Position numbers and translations under genes: made by a program. A stretch of 29,739 bases of DNA from an uncultured Nitrososphaerota archaeon (GTDB lineage: Archaea > Asgardarchaeota > Njordarchaeia > Njordarchaeales > Njordarchaeaceae), in the NCBI GenBank assembly GCA_964518475.1, contig CAZFGR010000020.1, positions 1-29,739 of the forward strand, read 5' to 3'. Shown one piece after another: positions 25,657-29,739 of the stretch (the stretch's first letter is position 1; every line of letters begins with the position of its first letter). Below the pieces are notes generated by a model, which was not told the origin of the DNA, made no database searches, and saw nothing but the letters and a program-made list of their open reading frames with translations.

Positions 25657-26697
25657 TTAGTACTTAACTCTCGGATCTAGTAGAGCATATGAAATGTCTG
25701 CTATTATGTTAGCAACTATCGTGGATAAGGCGATGAAATAGAAAGTCATCTCTGCTAACGGATAATTGTCAGCAATTACTGCTTGAACAATTAACTGGCC
25801 TACTCCCGGAATGCTGAAGATCTGCTCCGTCAAAACAGCACCTGTCCATACACCAGCAATAGCCAAGATCACCGAAGTTACTACGGGGAGAATAGCATTT
25901 CTGAAGGCATGTTTATAAAGAACGGTTCTCTCATCCAATCCCTTAGCTCTAGCTGTGAGAATATAATCTTGGGTCATGACATCTACTAACGAGTTTCTCA
26001 TCAAAATAGCCCAGCCACCAAAACCGCCGATTATTAGCGTAATTATCGGCAATGACAACATATACATACTATCAAGGAAGCTTAGGATCGGATCCCGAAT
26101 AGGCGTAGTTGTAGAGTGTAATCCGACACCAGGCCATACCTTTAGGGCATTGATAAACACTATCTTGAAGAGAACTTGGAGCCAGAATACTGGAAGCGCG
26201 TAAAGCATCATTAAAATAGTCATCATTGTAACATCGAACCTGGATCCGGGGTTTGCTCCCATCTTTACTCCTAGCCAAATGCCAATTACAATAGATAAGA
26301 GTACTGCAGGAGTAAGAAGCATCAAGGTAACGGGTAATCTAGCTAGGAGAAGCCTAGTAACATCAACGTTTGGAACTGGTTGTCCTATTGATTTGCCAAA
26401 TTTGAATTGAAGCATATTCGAATAATACTTAGCGAAGTGGTGTAACCACACACCTATTGGCGCATTAATCGAGGGCAAACCCCATTGTCTCTTATAAGCA
26501 ACAATTGTCTGTATAGCCCTAATGGATTCTCTTCCAGTCGGATTATTCATCATTTGGGAAATTCCATAAAGTGTTCCAGGATCGATTCCTATTATAAATA
26601 CGGGAAGCCTAAAGATGAACCAATTAGCTGCTATAACTACCAAAAGTGTTATGAGTCCCGTAAAGACTCGCCTGATCGCATATTCCTTTAAGCCCAT
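25657..26697 (-). CDS. oppB: oligopeptide/dipeptide ABC transporter permease (OppB/DppB type)
   Basis: EYAIRR, FKFGKSI, RLPVTL, PVFWL, QDYILTARAKGL, HAFRNA, EQIFSIPGVG, LDPRVKY. Confidence 0.92.
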   Translation of the reverse strand: MGLKEYAIRRVFTGLITLLVVIAANWFIFRLPVFIIGIDPGTLYGISQMMNNPTGRESIRAIQTIVAYKRQWGLPSINAPIGVWLHHFAKYYSNMLQFKFGKSIGQPVPNVDVTRLLLARLPVTLMLLTPAVLLSIVIGIWLGVKMGANPGSRFDVTMMTILMMLYALPVFWLQVLFKIVFINALKVWPGVGLHSTTTPIRDPILSFLDSMYMLSLPIITLIIGGFGGWAILMRNSLVDVMTQDYILTARAKGLDERTVLYKHAFRNAILPVVTSVILAIAGVWTGAVLTEQIFSIPGVGQLIVQAVIADNYPLAEMTFYFIALSTIVANIIADISYALLDPRVKY

Positions 26698-26763
26698 ACT
26701 CTACACCTCTTTACCAATATCATTATTCAAAGGAAAGTAGTTAGTAAAAAATATTTCCCTAAT

Positions 26764-28443
26764 CTAGTATCCACGGAGCCTTGGACTGTAAATTCTTGTC
26801 AAAGCCTCTGCTATCATATAGAAAGCCATTCCTAAGAGCATTAGGATTAGTCCTGGGAAGAAAACCCACCACCAAGCGATTCCTCCGAAAGCACCTGGGC
26901 TTACACCTCCAGCAGGTTCTCGAATACTACCAACAGATGCCTCGTTGAGAATCTTTCCAATTGAGTTCCACTTGGGTGTGAGTACTCCTAAGAATGTAAG
27001 TCCTGCTTCTGATAGGATGTTACCTACTACACCCGTCATAAGGTACATCATCATTAACGGCCAAACACTCGTCAATATATGCTTCCTCATGATCCATAAG
27101 TCCGATGCACCCACAGCCTTAGCAGCTTCTACGTAAATAGCAGACTTTATTGAAAGAACTTGAGATCTAATAACTCGCGCCATTCCGGCCCAGCCAAATA
27201 TTGTTAACACGAAAATTATTGCCCAGAACGCAGATACTCCCATACTTGTGAATACGTATGCTAGGACAATTAACAGAGGTAATCCAGGCATGACCATGAG
27301 AAAGTCGACTATTCTCATCAGAATTTCATCGATCTTGCCTCCAAAGTATCCAGAAACTATCCCAACAGAGCCTCCTATGAATATTGACCCTAGCGTAGCT
27401 ATTATACCCACTAACAAGGATATCTTTAGACCATCAAAAATCATTGCGAAAAGATCTCTGCCGTAACCATCTGTACCCATTATACCATAATAGTGGCTAT
27501 ACGCCTTAAGGAAAATGTCGTCTAGGTAATATCTTACCCCGGCTCGAGCTAGTCTGTAAGCCTCGTCCAAGACTTGGAACTTAATTACTATTTTGAACAC
27601 TAGCGTGAATCCTGGTTTAAATAGAGCAACTAATACGTCTGGCCTTAGTAGAGGCGTCCTCTCGTTCCAGGTAGTTAGAATAGGAGAACCTCCCTTGAAT
27701 AGTGCTACTCCGTCGTCTGTTATATCCTGTCCCAACGCTAGACCTATTACTCCTTGGCTCTGTAAATAATTGTAAAGCTCAGGAGCTAACATTTCGCGAG
27801 ACATGTTCTCCAGATAAATGTTAAAGTAAGCCTGTACAACATCTCCTTTATATCCATGAGAAGCTAAGCTATCTAATAGGTACGTAGGTAGCCCTCTTAT
27901 ATAAAATCTCGCCTCTAAATCGTGAGGAGGTCTCTGGAAACTCCATTTAAACATCGTCCCTATCGTAACTTTCACGTAAGGATGACTACTATCTAGAGGC
28001 GTAGTGTTTCTATCCACTATTTCTATGTATAGCGATCCCTTTCCAGATTTTGGTGACCCTTCTCCACTAGCCCAGCCATAATTTACCTCAAAGTTCGTTC
28101 CTTTCTCTATTCTCAGAAATATTTTTTGAGGCATTATTTGAGGCACTATTAATTGTTGAAATTCTTCCTGAGACTCAAAATGAGCGTCTGAGAACACTTG
28201 ATCCGGGAAATAGTACTTATCGAAATACTTCATCCAGATCGGAGCTGAGAGGGGTGCATGAACCCTAGCATTAGGATCAAATGGAACATATAGGGGTTCT
28301 GCAAGCGAAAGAATCACTAAAATTGCAAGAAGGATGGTTCCTGCAATACCAAGCTTTTCACGTTTGAAATCGCTTAAAAACTTCTTTAGACCTCTAAATC
28401 TCTCCCTCTTAATAGCGGGCCGAGCATTTGCCATCGTCGTCAA
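26764..28443 (-). CDS. oppC: oligopeptide/dipeptide ABC transporter permease (OppC/DppC type) with a large extracytoplasmic insert
   Basis: GTDGYGRD, SGYFGGKID, WAGMARVIRSQVLS, YVEAAKAVGA, KHIL, EAGLTFLG, WWWVFFPG. Confidence 0.9.
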   Translation of the reverse strand: MTTMANARPAIKRERFRGLKKFLSDFKREKLGIAGTILLAILVILSLAEPLYVPFDPNARVHAPLSAPIWMKYFDKYYFPDQVFSDAHFESQEEFQQLIVPQIMPQKIFLRIEKGTNFEVNYGWASGEGSPKSGKGSLYIEIVDRNTTPLDSSHPYVKVTIGTMFKWSFQRPPHDLEARFYIRGLPTYLLDSLASHGYKGDVVQAYFNIYLENMSREMLAPELYNYLQSQGVIGLALGQDITDDGVALFKGGSPILTTWNERTPLLRPDVLVALFKPGFTLVFKIVIKFQVLDEAYRLARAGVRYYLDDIFLKAYSHYYGIMGTDGYGRDLFAMIFDGLKISLLVGIIATLGSIFIGGSVGIVSGYFGGKIDEILMRIVDFLMVMPGLPLLIVLAYVFTSMGVSAFWAIIFVLTIFGWAGMARVIRSQVLSIKSAIYVEAAKAVGASDLWIMRKHILTSVWPLMMMYLMTGVVGNILSEAGLTFLGVLTPKWNSIGKILNEASVGSIREPAGGVSPGAFGGIAWWWVFFPGLILMLLGMAFYMIAEALTRIYSPRLRGY

Positions 28444-28706
28444 CCTATTCTAATGCTTAGGAAGTAAACTGAATCAAAATCTATTACTATTTGTTACATA
28501 TATTCCATCGCCCAATAATGCTATAAAAAACTTATTTATAATCCCAGAACGCATGAATAATCCAGCCCCTAACAACACATACTTAATGAAAACGGCCTAC
28601 TCACACAATAACAAAACAACCCTCTAAGATGAAAACGTAAGTAGTTATACACCAATTCTCTCATTAATATAAATAGAAAAATAAGGACTATTTTTGGAGA
28701 TTCGCA

Positions 28707-29309
28707 ATGACTTACTCAATAATCGCTATTGATTCTCGAAAAGAGGTATTAGGGATAGCTGTTGCTTCAGGTTCTATCGCTGTCGGTTCGCGTGTTCCAT
28801 GGGTAGAGAGAGGAGTAGGAGCTATAGCTACGCAAGGATATACTAATATCTCATATGGATTTAATGGACTTAAATTGTTGAAGCAAGGCTATTCTCCAGG
28901 AAAAGCTCTTCTAAGTCTCTTAAACAAGGATCCAGAAAGAGAAAAGCGTCAAGTAGGGATAATAGATATCCAAGGTAGAATCGCTGTTCACACAGGTAAG
29001 GAATGTCCAGAGTGGAGAGGGCATTTAATCGGAAAAACATACCTCTTACTAGGCAATTATTTGGTAGGATACGAGGTTCTAAAAGATGCTGAGGAAGCCT
29101 TCAATAGCACAGAAGGTACTCTAGTCCAGAAACTTTTGGAAGCTCTAGTAGCTGGAGAAAAAGCGGGGGGAGACCGTCGAGGAAACCGGTCTGCAGCCAT
29201 TCTTGTTCGAGGAGGAATAGAAATAACAGAGGTCATAGATAACGCCGATAAACCAACACAGAGACTTTACTCCTTATGCAGGAAGAAATACGCCCCCTTA
29301 TTTCAGTAA
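28707..29309 (+). CDS. DUF1028 domain protein (Ntn-hydrolase superfamily)
   Basis: MTYSIIAID…GIAVASGSIAVGSRVPW…GAIATQ…RQVGIID…HTG…GGDRRG.RSAA; TGGAGA RBS-like sequence upstream. Confidence 0.88.
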   Translation: MTYSIIAIDSRKEVLGIAVASGSIAVGSRVPWVERGVGAIATQGYTNISYGFNGLKLLKQGYSPGKALLSLLNKDPEREKRQVGIIDIQGRIAVHTGKECPEWRGHLIGKTYLLLGNYLVGYEVLKDAEEAFNSTEGTLVQKLLEALVAGEKAGGDRRGNRSAAILVRGGIEITEVIDNADKPTQRLYSLCRKKYAPLFQ

Positions 29310-29491
29310 ATTTCTCTAGAAATAACAGTGGTACTTGCACATTAACATCCTTAACAAAACCTTAGCTTGTTTACAAAAAGTTAGTACTTCACCAAAAATC
29401 CGTGAGAAATGGAAAATAAAAAGAGAGAAGATCATTTCTCAGTCAACTTATTTTTATACTTCCCTGATATATAGTAGGGGGCAATGTTTAG

Positions 29492-29739
29492 TTCGGTGCT
29501 GGTTGTTTTGCATATAGCTCCAGCAAGATAAATTATTGCGATGAGTTTGATGAGGACAGGTTAATAGTTACTCCTACCTGGGTTCATCACAAAATATCAT
29601 TCTTGAGAGACAAAGAGGCCCTGGCTAGATTAAAGAAGGAGCACGAGAAACTAGAGCTAGAGTATTCACGATTAAGTGCTATTAGCGATATTCTAAGCAT
29701 CATCGAGGCCAGAAAGAGAATCGAAGAAATCGAGAAGAT
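29492..29739 (+). CDS. partial coiled-coil protein running off the window end; start uncertain
   Basis: Frame is open from 29492 to the end (…DEFDEDRLIVTPTW…LRDKEALARLKKEHEKLELEYSRLSAISDILSIIEARKRIEEIEK); first in-frame canonical start is TTG 29603. Confidence 0.5.

Noticed and set aside
318-27466. Many 60-126 aa ORFs antisense to or overlapping the long genes (e.g. 318-530, 3447-3701, 6491-6871, 11194-11535, 12350-12670, 21026-21334, 27248-27466)
   Set aside because: They are shadows of well-supported genes on the other strand, S/F/I-rich, with no motifs or RBS
29335-29517. 60-aa ORF from the track
   Set aside because: Runs through an AT-rich terminator/promoter-like region with no RBS and atypical composition
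1-29739. Mobile element, prophage, CRISPR array, rRNA or tRNA genes
   Set aside because: No transposase, integrase or viral motifs, no regularly spaced repeats, and no long GC-rich structural RNA segments were seen

Overview
AT-rich, gene-dense window that looks like a thermophilic archaeon (GGAGG/GGTGA/GGGGG ribosome-binding sites, TATA-like promoters, I/E/K/L/V-rich proteins, surface proteins anchored by a C-terminal membrane helix); the lineage cannot be fixed from sequence alone. Four blocks are present. (1) 201-270: a GC-rich hairpin with a canonical kink-turn behind a TATA-like box, a candidate small ncRNA. (2) 305-7902, minus strand: a glycerol-backbone cluster made of a GlpA-like FAD/[2Fe-2S] dehydrogenase, a degenerate flavoprotein partner, an inserted AbrB/PIN toxin-antitoxin pair, an alkyl-DHAP-synthase-like (HHH motif) flavoenzyme, a Fe-S/CCG protein and an FGGY kinase resembling eukaryotic GK5. 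Several of these carry hydrophobic or amphipathic inserts, suggesting lipid-linked substrates (possible ether-lipid salvage or breakdown). (3) 8053-12921: an operon of an ARM-like alpha-solenoid, a MoxR AAA+ ATPase with a 4-Cys insert, and a vWA protein. (4) 13682-29309: a peptide-scavenging locus with a split Opp/Dpp ABC transporter interleaved with unknown membrane proteins, a membrane-anchored subtilisin, an apparently cytoplasmic FG-GAP propeller and a DUF1028 protein. No rRNA, tRNA, CRISPR array or transposase was recognised. All family assignments come from motif recognition, not database searches.
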